From assembly GCA_012295275.1 (NCBI GenBank), contig CM022672.1, positions 28,954,001 to 29,018,000 on the forward strand: a DNA stretch of 64,000 nucleotides, given 5' to 3'. Positions 15,210-28,500 of this stretch are shown here, piece by piece. The first letter of the stretch is position 1, and the number at the start of each line of letters is the position of its first letter. The DNA is from Chrysomallon squamiferum. Taxonomy: Eukaryota; Animalia; Mollusca. Under the pieces are notes generated by a model that saw only the letters and a list, made by a program, of their open reading frames with translations, was not told the DNA's origin and did no database searches. The translations under genes were made by a program, and so were the position numbers.

Positions 15210-15593
15210 GGTGGTGGTGGTGGTGGTGGTGGTGCTGTCACTGTTGTTGTTTTTTTATTATTATTATTACATCAGTACATACATGTTTATGTTGTCAGAT
15301 TGCATAAGTATATGATCATAATAATCACATAAATTATTAACCTGCATCGTTCTTTTTATGTTTTTATTTATGTTATCATTTTTATACATTAACATAAAGT
15401 GTGTTATAGTTTTAATTCATTAATATAATCTGTATTATTATTTTAATTCATTAACTTAAATTGTGGTATCTTTTTAATTCTTTATCATAAGTTGTTTTAT
15501 CGTTTTAATTGATTAACATAAATTGTATACAAGTAAAATATTTATCAAAGTGATATTAATTTAAAAAATAATGTCTTTGATTTTTTAAATATT

Positions 15594-15624
<31 letters not shown>

Positions 15625-16564
15625 GCAATAGTAGTAGCAGTAGTAATAATAGTAGTAGTAGTATTAGTAGTAGTAGTTGTAGCAGTAGTGATAATTACGA
15701 TAATGATAATTATTATGACGAAGAAAAACGACGATATTAATAATAGGCGTCTTTATCATATGAATAATAATAAAACAAGAGTAAAAAGATAATAATGAAA
15801 TATAACGAACGAATATAATAAAAACTCGATAATTATGACATTTATGAAAGAGAAAAAAATAATATCAGCCAATTTACTTTATCAGTATTATTATCTTCAG
15901 TCCATCATGATCACTATCATTACATATGTTGTTATTACTGGCACTGCTGTTACTAAGAAACAACGCGTATTTACTTCAGTAATGTCAATTATTAATCATT
16001 TAACGTTTTCTCGTGTATTTGTTACAGTCCAGTGGTATATAGTTAGAAATATTTAATATTTAGAAATACATTTCCTAGAATATTTAATATTTAGAGATAT
16101 ATTTCCTAGAACATTTAACATTTAGAAATATATTTATTAGAATATTTAATATTTAGAAGTATCTAATACAGAAATAGTTTGTGATTCGGGATAACAGAGA
16201 AAAGTCAAACGGGATATATCACTTCGCTCATTCGGGAAATTATTTTTCACTCCCAGAAAGAGAAAGGAGTTTCTGTAAATCGTCTCCTCTAGTCACACAA
16301 AATTCATTCTTTGACTCTATCCAGGAAATGACCTTCACGTTTTTTATATTACATAAATTACTTATTTGCAAATACAAATACACAGCTATAAATACAACAA
16401 CAACAAAATATTTCAAAAAGAGCAAATAATGAACAATCAAACCCAACAACAAACAAAATAAATCTAACGATATAACAACAACGTTAATAATGATGATAGT
16501 ATTACTACTACTGCTGCTGCTGCTATTAGTGCTACTATTATTGCTGTTGTCCTACTACTTTTAT

Positions 16565-16632
<68 letters not shown>

Positions 16633-17034
16633 GGAAGAAGAAGAAGAAGAAGAAGAAGAAGAAGAAGAGGAAGAATGTGTCTGTTAAACAATTAAAAAAA
16701 AAAAACTATTATTCTTCTTAAACTTATTTAATCTTTTTGAATGTGACACCAGGCAGGAAATAAGTTTTGATAAATTTCTGTTGCGGTCTTGTGGGATCAG
16801 TGAGCAGCACATTTTTTCTACTGGTATAATACAAAAAATAATATTATACCAGAAGACATTTTAAACCTTTATATGAAAGGACTTATTGTTTTCCTTTTAA
16901 TTATAACTGTTTTTATACGGTTAATTTTAAAACTTCTTAAAATTAGATATCACAGTTTCAAATAAATAAATAAATAAATTTTAAATAAATGAATACATAA
17001 GTAAATAAAAAGTTAGATAGCTAGATATATTACT

Positions 17035-17094
<60 letters not shown>

Positions 17095-17210
17095 GAAACT
17101 GAAAGATAGATAAATAAATTAAAAAATAAATCAACAAATTTTGGTACCACAATAGCTCAGACTGGTCTATATATAAAAGATAAATTATGTTGTTGAAGAA
17201 TTAATTTATG

Positions 17211-17252
<42 letters not shown>

Positions 17253-18293
17253 CTGTTTTTTTAAATTTACGCAATATATTATGATTGCGAAATGATATAG
17301 AATTTTGGCATTTAATAAATTTGCCATAATTTTATAGCACTGAGAAATCTGAGCTTTTGACTGGTTGTGCTATGTAACAAACCAGTTTTTATGTTTTTTG
17401 TAGCACGCTAATTCTGACAAATTGTAGCCGTGTGCATTCGTCAGTATTAACATCTAAATTAGTATTGCATCTAATACTAGCAAATAATTACACTTTAATA
17501 TCAACTCCTATCAGTAAAAATAATGTAACAAATTGAAATAAGTGCCCAGGAGAAGGTAATTTTTAGAAATAAATATTTACTGCTATATAATAAATAATTT
17601 TAAATTCAAAAATTAAAGAAGGCAATTTTAAAAATTAGTTCCACTATCTTTTATAAATACATAACTTTAAATACATAAAAAAATAATAACAGTCAAAACC
17701 TAATGTAGTGAAATGCTTTACTTTTTACTCTGTCGATACTGTACATAAAAATTAATAACAGTCAAAAGCTGACGTAATGAGATGATTTACTTCTTACTAT
17801 ATCGATAGTCTACATAAAAATTTAAAAATATAAAATGAGATAGTGAAATGCTTTACTTCTTACTATGTCGATATTGTATTTATATATTTAAATTTATTTA
17901 GAGCCAGCTGAGACGGAGGAAGTACAAAGAGCAAGTACAAACAGACCGAGGAAAAAACGGTCGAGGTCTTCCTTTTCTCATGGTCAGGTGTATGAACTGG
18001 AAAGACGTTTCCGACACCAGCGTTACCTGTCAGGACCCGAGCGCGCCGACTTGGCAGCGGCACTCAAACTGACAGAAACTCAAGTGAAGATTTGGTTTCA
18101 GAACAGAAGATACAAAACTAAGAGGAGACAACTCCAGCATGAGCAAACTTTGGCGGAAAATATCAAACAGGCAGCCGTAACTCTGCTGGTAAAAGATGGT
18201 AAAAAGTTGTATGGGGCACACGAATATGGCCGACCTCTTTTTTATCCTTCTATTCCTTTTCCAGATTTTAACTGGTTTTACTGTGTGCATTGA
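14012..18293 (+). CDS. Nkx3-2: NK3/bagpipe-class homeobox transcription factor; exon 1 14012-14429, exon 2 17902-18293 (phase-1 intron)
   Basis: Exon 1 has an eh1/TN motif (LSFSIDNIL) and donor TCAG|GTATGT. Exon 2 follows acceptor TTTATTTAG| and encodes [62 protein letters not shown], an NK3 homeodomain with Tyr54. An NK2-SD-like segment ([11 protein letters not shown]) follows. The frames join correctly (G|AG = Glu). Confidence 0.92.
15051..15270. repeat. Compound (ATT)n/(GTT)n/(GGT)n microsatellite in the NK3 intron
   Basis: Visible trinucleotide runs; they explain the spurious poly-I/V/G/P/T ORFs. Confidence 0.9.
16043..16165. repeat. About 31-bp AT-rich minisatellite (3-4 copies)
   Basis: Repeated unit close to TAGAATATTTAATATTTAGAAATATATTTCC. 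Confidence 0.7.
17673..17878. repeat. About 69-bp tandem repeat (3 copies) just before the NK3 exon 2 acceptor
   Basis: Unit close to ACATAAAAATTAATAACAGTCAAAA..GTAGTGAAATGCTTTACTTCTTACTATGTCGATACTGT, repeated three times. Confidence 0.75.
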
Positions 18294-20089
18294 ACTTGTT
18301 TCTACTGTTAAAGAAGAAAACAGAACACAAGGAGAAAGAGTTAAAAAGAAATGCACGCATGCACACATATACTTAATACAAAGAGACTATATTAAACAGT
18401 ATTTCGGAGACTTAGCTGTCACTTCATACAAATAATTGCGGGCGTAATATGAGAAAAAAAAAAGAATACATTATATACATAACATTATTATTGATATTAT
18501 TATTATTTAAATATGTAGTGTTTTATTTTACTTTAGTGAATTTGATAAAATAAATACATACTTAAATTATACAAAGATTCTTTTTTCATGTTGTACTCTT
18601 TGTTTTAAAAATTAAATAAAATAGTAATATTTTCTATTATTTAATTTTGATGTGTAATCATCTTCTTCAAATACGCATTATAATTAACATACCGATTCTT
18701 TTTTTATTATTATTTCCTTTAATCTTTCAGTCATTACATTAAAAAAGGGTGTTTACATTATTTTTCTCCATTCCTTTTCGTCTTTTTATGTGAAAATAAA
18801 TTTGTATTACCTTTTATTAAATACTATTAAACTGTAAAATTAATACGAATATAAAATAATTTACAAAAAACCTTCTGTTACTCAGATATGTACAAATTTG
18901 TTATTATTAAACTCTGCACGAAACGTTTCACACTTGTGTTGTCTAAAACTGTAATTTTATTGTTTTTAACACCAGTTAATTCTGGTAAGCAAAGTGTAAA
19001 ATCATAGAAGAAAGTGAAAATGATTAAATTCAAAGGGTTCTGCATTATTAAAGAATATAGATTTGTGAGATATTTTCTCGAATGTATTATAAAACCATTG
19101 TCAGAATTGTTTCATGGTTAGATTTTTTTAAATCAAGATGCGTAAAAATATACATCAGAAAAAAAGCAAAAGAAAAAAAGAAATAAAGCGACCAGTTCAT
19201 TGTAATATGAAAGGTACCAATATCTTACAAATTTATAAATGTTATAAATAAAACATATAAATAAAAATTAGTGAAGTGATTTTAAGTTTGCAATAAATAA
19301 ATAAATAAAACTAATTTAAAACCAAAACAAACAACATTATTCACGCGAGGGCACACACAGAACATAGATGTTAAACTGAAACGTCACTTAATATAGATTT
19401 ATGATGAATTTTAAAAAAATAAAGACTATTCCTTCAGGCTCAGTTTATTAATAACTTTAAAACCTTTCTTCATAATATGGTTCATAATTCAAATAAGCAG
19501 TATTCCATAGATTTTTTCTATGATTTGTTTTTATCGCAGATCCACAAATCTGGGCATTGCAAAATAGAGTCAACAGCAGAAGAATAAATGGCATAGATTA
19601 ACATTACGCCCTTCCTTTATTACTTTACTAGCGGGATCAAGGGAGAGCATTCCTGCCTATTTTGTTACCCAGTGTTTGAAGAACTGGCGATACGCATCTC
19701 ATTGTGTATAATTGGACTATTCTAAGCAAACAGTATTCTCAAAGTAAACAGCGAATGCCAAGGAAACATGATAAAATACAAGGTTCGCCGCTGGATTCTT
19801 GTTAAATTATTTCATTGCCTTCGGCTCAGACGAAATAACCCTCGGACATATTGGTCCTCATATGCGATGTGTATGTCGGAGTGAATTCCCTTGCTTTTTC
19901 TCGCAGATCTGTAATAGGATATCCTGAGGATATGTTTTTCTTCTATCATTTCCCTGCATGTTTATTTGATACGTGTTGAATCAGCTGCAGTGCCCAGGAA
20001 GACTGGAATAACTAACTGGTAATTTTGCTGTTCGTACGGGAGAAATTCGTGCGTGCCAGCAGGCTAGTAAACCGCTCAACTGGGTAGTG

Positions 20090-20476
20090 ATTTTATTTTA
20101 TTTATTTAATTATTAAATGTTTTTTTGTTTTTGTTTTTTTTAAAGATGTTGAATTTAACAAACAATAATTTTAGAAATTGTCATTTAAATACAAATAATA
20201 TATATATTATAATAAAATAATAATAATGAATAAATGAAAAATAAAATATAAAGATGCTTTTATGAAATAAATTTAAATTTTTAAAAATAAATAACAAATA
20301 TTAATTAATCCATTTTATTTATTAATTTATTATTTTTTTTAAAGGTATTGAATTTAAAAAACAAACACCAATTCTAGAAAAAAAATTAAATAAAAAATAC
20401 ATAAATATAAATGGTGCTTTGATGAAATAAAATTTTAAAATTTTAAAATTAAATAACAAAAATTAATTAGTGCACT

Positions 20477-20510
<34 letters not shown>
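20090..20510. repeat. Degenerate tandem duplication of about 200 bp
   Basis: TTGAATTTAA.AAACAA...TGCTTT.ATGAAATAAA...AAATAACAAA.ATTAATTA occurs twice in tandem. Confidence 0.55.
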
Positions 20511-20511
<1 letters not shown>

Positions 20512-20674
20512 TTTTTGAAGCCATAGTTTAAAAATTATAAACGGTTTCATGGTTTCAATACATTTAATTTAATATAATTAATTTTGTTACGTATTGTAAA
20601 TAACTTTCAACAGATAATGCTGCTAATAATATTAAAATATCTAATAAATAAATATCAAAATATCAAAAACAATA

Positions 20675-20759
<85 letters not shown>

Positions 20760-20873
20760 ACGTACATATACATATGTATTGGGGTTTTTCTATCCTTCTA
20801 TAATTTATTAAAACGCGACTGTATTAATAATAAAAATATAATAATTATAATAATGATGATGATGATGATGAGT

Positions 20874-20941
<68 letters not shown>

Positions 20942-23677
20942 AATAATAATAATAATAATAATTATAATAGGTTTACCAAGAATGCAATACTCATATATGC
21001 AGGAACCAATAAAACTCTTTGAAAAGAAAATACTTTTTTGTTGATGAAATCAAAGCAAAGAAATAAAAATGAAAGAAAAGTTCTCGTCTGGAAAGAAAAC
21101 AAAATGGATTGCTTGAAAACTCGTCTGTGTTTCACTGCTGCTGCCAGTAGCGCGGCACGTGCTGAACCGCTCTCAACACACTTTAAGCTTTCGGGAAGCA
21201 TTTGAAGAAATAAACACGACTTCGCCGAGATAACAGCTATTCCGTGGTATTTGCTTACTCTGTGTATCAGTGAACCGGCTCAGTGTTTCGTCTGCTGTAA
21301 GTTGCAAGTAAATTTGTTTACAGTGGTAAAATGACCGTAAAGATTTGAAACATCGCGATTGTTTGTTTGAAGCATGGTTGTCGATAATTGTTCTTCTTAA
21401 CACAGTGTCAGAACAAAGAAATGGTTCACGTTTTTCGGACATGATTTGTATCAACAGACTTCATTTGATGATAATTATTGTCATGATGATGATGATGATA
21501 ATGATAATAATAATAATGTCAATGGTTATAATAATGACTATGATGCTGTTGGTTAAATTAATTTTTGCAAATATGATTTTGAATGTTTATTTTAAATATT
21601 GTAGCTGATTTTATTATTTTATTTCAGAGTTGTTGTTTTTTTGTTGTTGTTGTTGTTGTTTTTTTATTGGTGTCGAGATGGGGCCTGTTCATTTTACATT
21701 TCATTATTAATATATTATTTTAACGAAATATTGCTTCTCAAAATTTCATTTTTATTTAATTTGATTATACTTTTGTTATATATAATATATATAAAAGAAA
21801 AATCCAAGCGTCCTTTTTTCTAACTTATTATTAAACTATATTTAATTATATTTACATTAATAAATTCATAACAAATCAAATGTAATGAATTTAAAAAAAT
21901 AATAAAAAATTAAAAAAATTAAAAATGAAACAACAACAGCAATAATAATAATAATAATAATATGCTTAGGAATCTTATGAATAAATAATGAAGTAATGAA
22001 ATAAATAATGAAACAAAATAAAAAATAAATGTACCGTTATGGAAAATATCAAAGCTGTAAGATATACATTTAAAAATAAAAATAAAATAATGTTATGTGC
22101 TTTTCCAACTTAACTCCCTTGACATAAAATAAAATTAAGTAAATGTGAGCCGCTGTGGTGGTATTTGAAAAGCAAGACAAGTTGCAGATTTAGGATCGAG
22201 AGTCAACTTAGCTGTCAGTTGTAATACATTGACTCGGTGACAGAACGTGTTGCTAGCACCCACCAAGCCCCGAACCCTTACTAACTTAACCCGGTAACTA
22301 AGCTAGGATGTCATATCTGGTTGTTAACTAACAGAGTGCGGGACCACGAGACTTGACGGTATGAACTGGACAAGGAAGCGGCAGAATAAAAGAAACCTTC
22401 TCAACACGATCTAATGTATTCAGGTTGGGTCTGTGATCCGGCCAAATGTGAATTGTACTCGCGTAACAAGAAACACGACCTGCCTCCGAAAGTTGCGAAG
22501 ATAGTTTGTCATTAATGGTAGCAGCTTGAGCAGACTGACCAATACGGCTGGAAAAACTGGACCAATTCTACGTATTAACACTGTAGTTTCTCATTCACCG
22601 TAGTTACAACATTACAGCCCCAATCTCGAAGCTTAGCTTCCACGATTAGAGATAAATTATAGGACAGATTCAGTAGCACTGACACAAATGAATATATTAA
22701 TTCAATATCACTGGTACCTTAAATATGCCTCATCTGCTCTATCCTTCCCTCACAACGGCAAAGAAAGAAAGGATATATCGATTTTCATTTCAAAATTTTA
22801 GCTCCTAGTACTGTTCTGGCTGTAACGTATTAGGTAAAAAAAAACATTAAAAAAAAACAACCACAACAAAAAACAAACAAAAAACAAACAAGAAAACAAA
22901 TATCATAAAAACATAAAAACAAAGAAATAAAAGAATAAACAAATAAAATAAAACAAAAAAAGTACTTTATTACAGCTATAGAATGGAACAAATTCATATT
23001 TTCGAAATTCTTCCTGTAGGAGAGTACCACCAAAAATCAATAAATTAGCTTTTCTCTCTCATATAATTATTATTAAACAAAAACTGCACAGACATTTAAT
23101 ACCTTTACTAATGAAATACGTTGATAAACTTTTCTTCCCGCATCTTAAATAAGAATAGTAAAATAAAAATGAAAAATAAATATGACTTTTTCCACTTTAT
23201 TTTATATGATCAGAAAAGAAGAACGTATAATTTTTATTGTAAAACGTGGTTTGGAAATAACGAAATAAAACATTCATAACTAGTAAACAACAAACTGAAA
23301 TTGATGTACCAAAGTAGGGTGTTCAAAGAAACACGGAATGGACTGTTAGGGAATTAATTTTATTTTTGTTGTCTTTATTGAATAAAATATTAAACAAGCA
23401 AAACATAAAATTGTATAAATATCTAAAATACTTTTGTAACAAATTCATGTGGACAACGAAAATATCCTTGCAAACGAAGATTTAAACAGTAAGGGGCACA
23501 ACTCTTGTATCATATTGAATGCTGAGGAATAAAGATTTGTCTAGAATTAGGGACACGTAATAACCATCACGAATCAAATTTTAAAAATCACACTTTTTGG
23601 GGAACAGTGGTGTATTTTGGGGGCTTAGTGCTTTTCAAAATAACTGTAGAAATCAGATTTCAGAAATTAGTAATTTT

Positions 23678-24768
23678 TTACTGTTGTTTCTTTTTTCCTT
23701 TGCTGTTGACATCAATGTGAACATATCTGTCTAGCAAGAAAGCTGCATAACCGCCTAAAAAGGGACCAATCCAGTAAACTAGAAAATGTTCCCATGCCGT
23801 AGTTCCCTGGCAACCGAATGTATGACCAAATGCCATAGCGGGGTTGAAATACATTCCCGTTGTGTGCAGACCTGAAATGTAAATTTCTGAAGAATACGGA
23901 TTTGTGAGATATTTTCTGGAATGGCTATTCAACCAATGTCCGAATTGTTATTCGGATAGTTTTTATAATGAAGATGCGAAAAAATATATATATAAAAAAA
24001 AAATTCAAAATGAAAAGAAAGCGAACTGTGGATTGTAATGTGAAAGTTACAAAATTAAAGTTTGTAAAAAAATTATATATATATAATTTTGATAATATTT
24101 TGTTTGCCTGTATGGGGTATAGACATACCTATGGTGATCATCAAAGCCCCGTTACTGTATTTGATGAGTTCATCCAGCACAGTCAGCTTGGCAAGACGCT
24201 GCATGCACAGCCACGTGTCAGACAACGAGGCTGCCATTTCGATCATGAATCCCATGACAAAAACAACATTTAAATCAGACATACAAGTAGTCTCGTAATA
24301 TCTCTCGTGGTGATCCGCGATCAGGTCAAGGGACCAGATAGCTTTAGCAAATCTATAGGATGCGAGGCCTGCAAATGTCTGACTGATGATTTTTAAAGCT
24401 GCTTTTGCAGGTGTAATTTGTGAATCCGCAAGTTGTATTAAAGCCTTTATAGGGTTCTCTGAAGAATCACCAAACGTTCTAGTGCATACGTAAAGCTGGC
24501 ACACAATGACGAAAGCAAACCAAAATGATCCGTAGTACTTGTAGACAAAATTGTTTTCGAAAAAGTATGCACAAGCTTCTGCTGTGGTTACAAAATCAGC
24601 TATGTACTCCTGGAGCCACTCAGGGCTGAAGCTCGAGTTTAAACTGCGTAGAAAAATCCCCGTTGCTGCAGTTATAAGGAAGAAGACTATGGAAGCGGAA
24701 TAAGGAGAAAGGAATTCAGAATCGGGAACTGGACCCACGATTATGCTCCAGATCACTCTCCAGTCCAT
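23678..24768 (-). CDS. Unorthodox (super) aquaporin, AQP11/AQP12-like; coding exons 24768-24129 and 23871-23678 (phase-1 intron)
   Basis: Hydrophobic MIP-like protein MDWRVIWSII...ADFVTTAEACAYFFEN... The first NPA box is altered to NPI (SENPIKAL). The second box, GMYFNPAMAFGHTFGC, keeps the downstream Cys typical of AQP11/12, followed by VYWIGPFLG. Donor ATAG|GTATGT and acceptor TTTCAG|GT join in frame. An acceptor 2 nt before the ATG implies an upstream non-coding exon that I did not locate. Confidence 0.88.
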
Positions 24769-25433
24769 TTCTGAAAAGAAATACAGGTTTTGCCGTTTCT
24801 TTACAAATTCCAAACTGACTATTTCTATATTAATATACGAAAAAAATAATGGGTCAACTAAATTATGTACTCACATTTTGTCATATACTCAACAAAATAA
24901 CAACAACAAACAAAATATTGTCACTAATATTTCCTAACAGCATTTTTATTATATAGGTAGCGTTGACCAATGATTTTTATAAAATAAAAATAGGAAACGC
25001 ATTGTTTGCATACATAATAATACATGCTTCAGAAATTGAATAATTTTTGTTTTAACAAAAAAAGAGTGAAATTTTAATTTATAAGGACGGTTGACGGACC
25101 TGTAATTTTTTTTTGATTTTTTTTTGTTGTTGTTGTTGTTGTTGTTGTTGTAAAACTGATTTAAGTGTTATAATAAATGTATAAAGGCAATCATTCAAAT
25201 AACACGTGATTAATTTGCATTTTACATGTAAATATGACCTCTAGTGCATTGAAAATGGAAATAAATATATATAAAAAAGAATTATAATGGTTTCAAGAAT
25301 CGATTTACAACTTCGTGCTTAGAACTGTCTGCTATGGAGTTTTAGCAGAGTAACGTGTCAACATTATGGTACCTAATGAGAATAGTTATCTTCATATGTC
25401 TGTGACATTATTTATTTTATTTTATTTTATTAT

Positions 25434-25470
<37 letters not shown>

Positions 25471-28212
25471 GCTGGCGACGTCGAATAACATCTGAAAAAA
25501 AAAGTATAGTACTAAACGTATTATGACGAGATATTATGACGTCAAAGTTACATCTATGTATACGAAGAATTAATTAAATGACATATTTCCACAAATTACA
25601 TTTAATAGTACATGTTGAACTGATTGCATTATGAAGGCATACGTATTTAAAAGTTTGTTAACACTAATCGGCGTTTGACGCTGCCATACTGGAGTTCCAT
25701 CGGAAGTTTCCGTGAGCTCACGGAAATTTTTAAACTTCCAAATTAAATTATTTTTGCGTCCATTTTTCAGAACTTTTTATAATTTACACTGATAAAGATA
25801 AGGATGGTTGTTCATGTTACCAAACCACGATATCACGCGCTTTTTCTAACTACTTTTTCAACTTAATCAAACTTTTCAAACTGGATTATTTTTGTGTGAA
25901 TGCGTGCATAATAAACTGAAATTATAATGCGGAATAAGATTAATGTGTTATCTTTTGTAGTTGTTATGTTCCCCCTCTCAGAATCCTGCTGAAGAGAACA
26001 TTTAGAGATTGTTTGTACCCATTAAATCGTCGAAATTTCTTGAGACTTTTTTCCGTGACGTAATTTGTGCTGTTGTTTTTGTTGCAGTAATAATCACAGT
26101 AGCAGTATAGTATATATTCATGTTGATTAAAGAAACACGACAAAAATACCTGCATTAATTTTCTTATCTAGTTATTTATAAACTACTGCGTACGACAACA
26201 AAATGCAACAGATCAAGTAATTAACGATTAGTAAAAGATACTGGGACACGTCACACGCCGACGTCACTCGTTCACTGTGACCTTACAGTGACTTTGACAA
26301 CATTAAGATTTCTAAAACAAACTATAGCTTCCTCACATAAACTGTGAAAATTATACTACTTACCACTTTAGTTAATATTTCAAGAAACGTGTATATAAGG
26401 TATACACTTGAATGAAAAGAACGAGATAGATAAAACCACCTAAACTTTGAATGATATACGTTGCGTTTAACAGCTACTAGTACTGCTTGTTTTTAGCTGG
26501 CTCGTACTCAAGAATTAGGGAAGCTGTGCACCTAGAGTGTAAGTTATCTATGTTTAGAACAAGTTTTCTACTTTACGTTCGGTTGTTATGACAAAAACTA
26601 TATATAAACCAAGGCGGTAGTCTATATTGTTTCATTTACCTGCATCGAGTCATAATAAAACATATGTAAAGCGTTCGACAAACATTTTTATTGTGACGTC
26701 GATCATATCAAAAGTAAAAGCGAATATAAAGGTCATTAATAAACTGCAAGTGGATCTTGCATTTTGTACACCTTTATCTGACATTATAGATAACAGTTTC
26801 AGTGAATCTACTTTTTTAAACAGCTAACACATCTGTCATTGAATAAGATATTTTAGGGATGACTCTTGTACATAAAGCAACGTGTGTTTTGACGAAAGAG
26901 TTTCAAAGAGCGGTAAAAATGACACCGATTGGGATTATGACTTCGGCGATGACAGCCATGCTGGAAACATCCATGTCAGTGAAATGGAAATAATTTATTT
27001 ATTCTTACACCAATGGAAAGACCAGGAATCTCGTACACCCTGCTGCCTTAAAATGATTTCAAATTGATTGTGATAGATATATTTTATAGCTTTCATTTCT
27101 GCAGTAGATTGGTTACTTACTAATTTTGTTTATTTTTCTTTCTTTTTTAAAATTATTATTCTAAACCGTTAGTTATATGGGTCTAATGTCGAAGTAAACA
27201 CCAGCAGGAAGAAATTAAAGTCGTCGCGAGATGCAGTATTTAAGCTTATAAATTAATAAACGTAACAATGTCAATTTTATAAATACATTTTCCGTTATAT
27301 TTGACATTCAGTGATCTATGCAACACCGCTGCAGTTTGAAACTTACCCTTCTCCGTTCCCAAACACCGGCACACCTTTTTTAGCCAAACATTCCCTTTTT
27401 AGACTAGGAACTGATTTTTAAAAGAGGACCAGAAAATTGATTTGTACGAAAGTTTGGAAGAAGATTTAGCTCATTTTAATTACGCAGAGACATTTGAAGA
27501 GATAAGGAATTCAAATCATCTATTGCTCTTTCGATACGCTTTCCTTATATCGAAATACAAAAAAAATCGCTTCAAACTCCATCCGAAACCGATTTCAGTG
27601 CGTAACAAAACGCATCAAACTCAGTCCCAATAAACAGTACGCATGCGTGGTGATGAGAAATCGTCGTGCTTGTTGCGGGAAAGGCAGGTCACACCGGTTA
27701 GTTATTGCAGGGGATAACAGTTCCGCTTGGATAACGTGCAGAAACTGATGTAAAAAAGCGTCTCGCCAGGCGGTATATAAAATATTATGTCCTTCATTGC
27801 TCTACTGAACCTTACTCAGCTCTCGATGCGCTTTAAAAACACATGACTGATATCTTTTTACTGGAAGTATCCCAGGAATCATATTAAAAAAAAAACCATT
27901 TTAAAAGTAACGATATTATCTGATTACATTTTTCATAGCATTCCAAATCATGAACAAGAGACTACGAATCAAATTATTGAGAAATAATAACCATTTAAGC
28001 CTAATTACAGAGAAGAATGGTAACGAAACCGGTAAATCGCGCGTTTTTTTCCAGTTACATACAAAGCAGCGATTTTTGGTTTGTAAACAGATTTTGGCGC
28101 TTATGGCGATGGCAAGAGAGAGTGAAGGGAAGTTATTATGGTTGCTGCAAAAAGTCACAGAAAAAAATCACAATTTTTATATAACACAATGTATAGTTTT
28201 ATAGAGTATTGA

Positions 28213-28500
28213 ATGTTGCATCGTAGTATGCATGAGCAATTGTGTGAAGGTTGGAACAACATGTTCTTGAAACTTGTGGGCTACTACCACCTACCAACCT
28301 GGCGAGTTATCGAATGGTTTCAATGTGAGCAGGTGACAGTGGGCACCATCATCCAGCAGGATGCGGTTGGCAACCCACCTCGACGCTACGTCCAGCTGCA
28401 AGAGGGTCTTCGTGACTTGTGTGTCGATCGCCTTGAGGACCGCAAGACTGGCAGAATTTCTTCGTGGTACTGGGTGCCAAAACCACCAGCATTAAAATAA
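28213..28500 (+). mobile_element. MULE (Mutator-like) transposase C-terminal fragment
   Basis: CEGWNNMFLKLVGYYHLPTWRVIEWFQCEQVTVGTIIQQDAVGNPP...YVQLQEGLRDLCVDR resembles the (RTNNx)CEGWNN...HPSIW C-terminal region carrying the catalytic Glu of invertebrate MULE transposases. The N-terminal part is missing. Confidence 0.75.

Noticed and set aside
16043-17878. Short tandem repeats as a CRISPR-like array
   Set aside because: The units are head-to-tail without unique spacers, the context is a eukaryotic intron, and there are no cas genes.
24771-24813. N-terminal extension MEFVKKRQNLYFFSE of the aquaporin ORF
   Set aside because: It begins at a TTG and spans a pyrimidine tract and AG acceptor. 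It is intronic; the likely start is the ATG at 24768.
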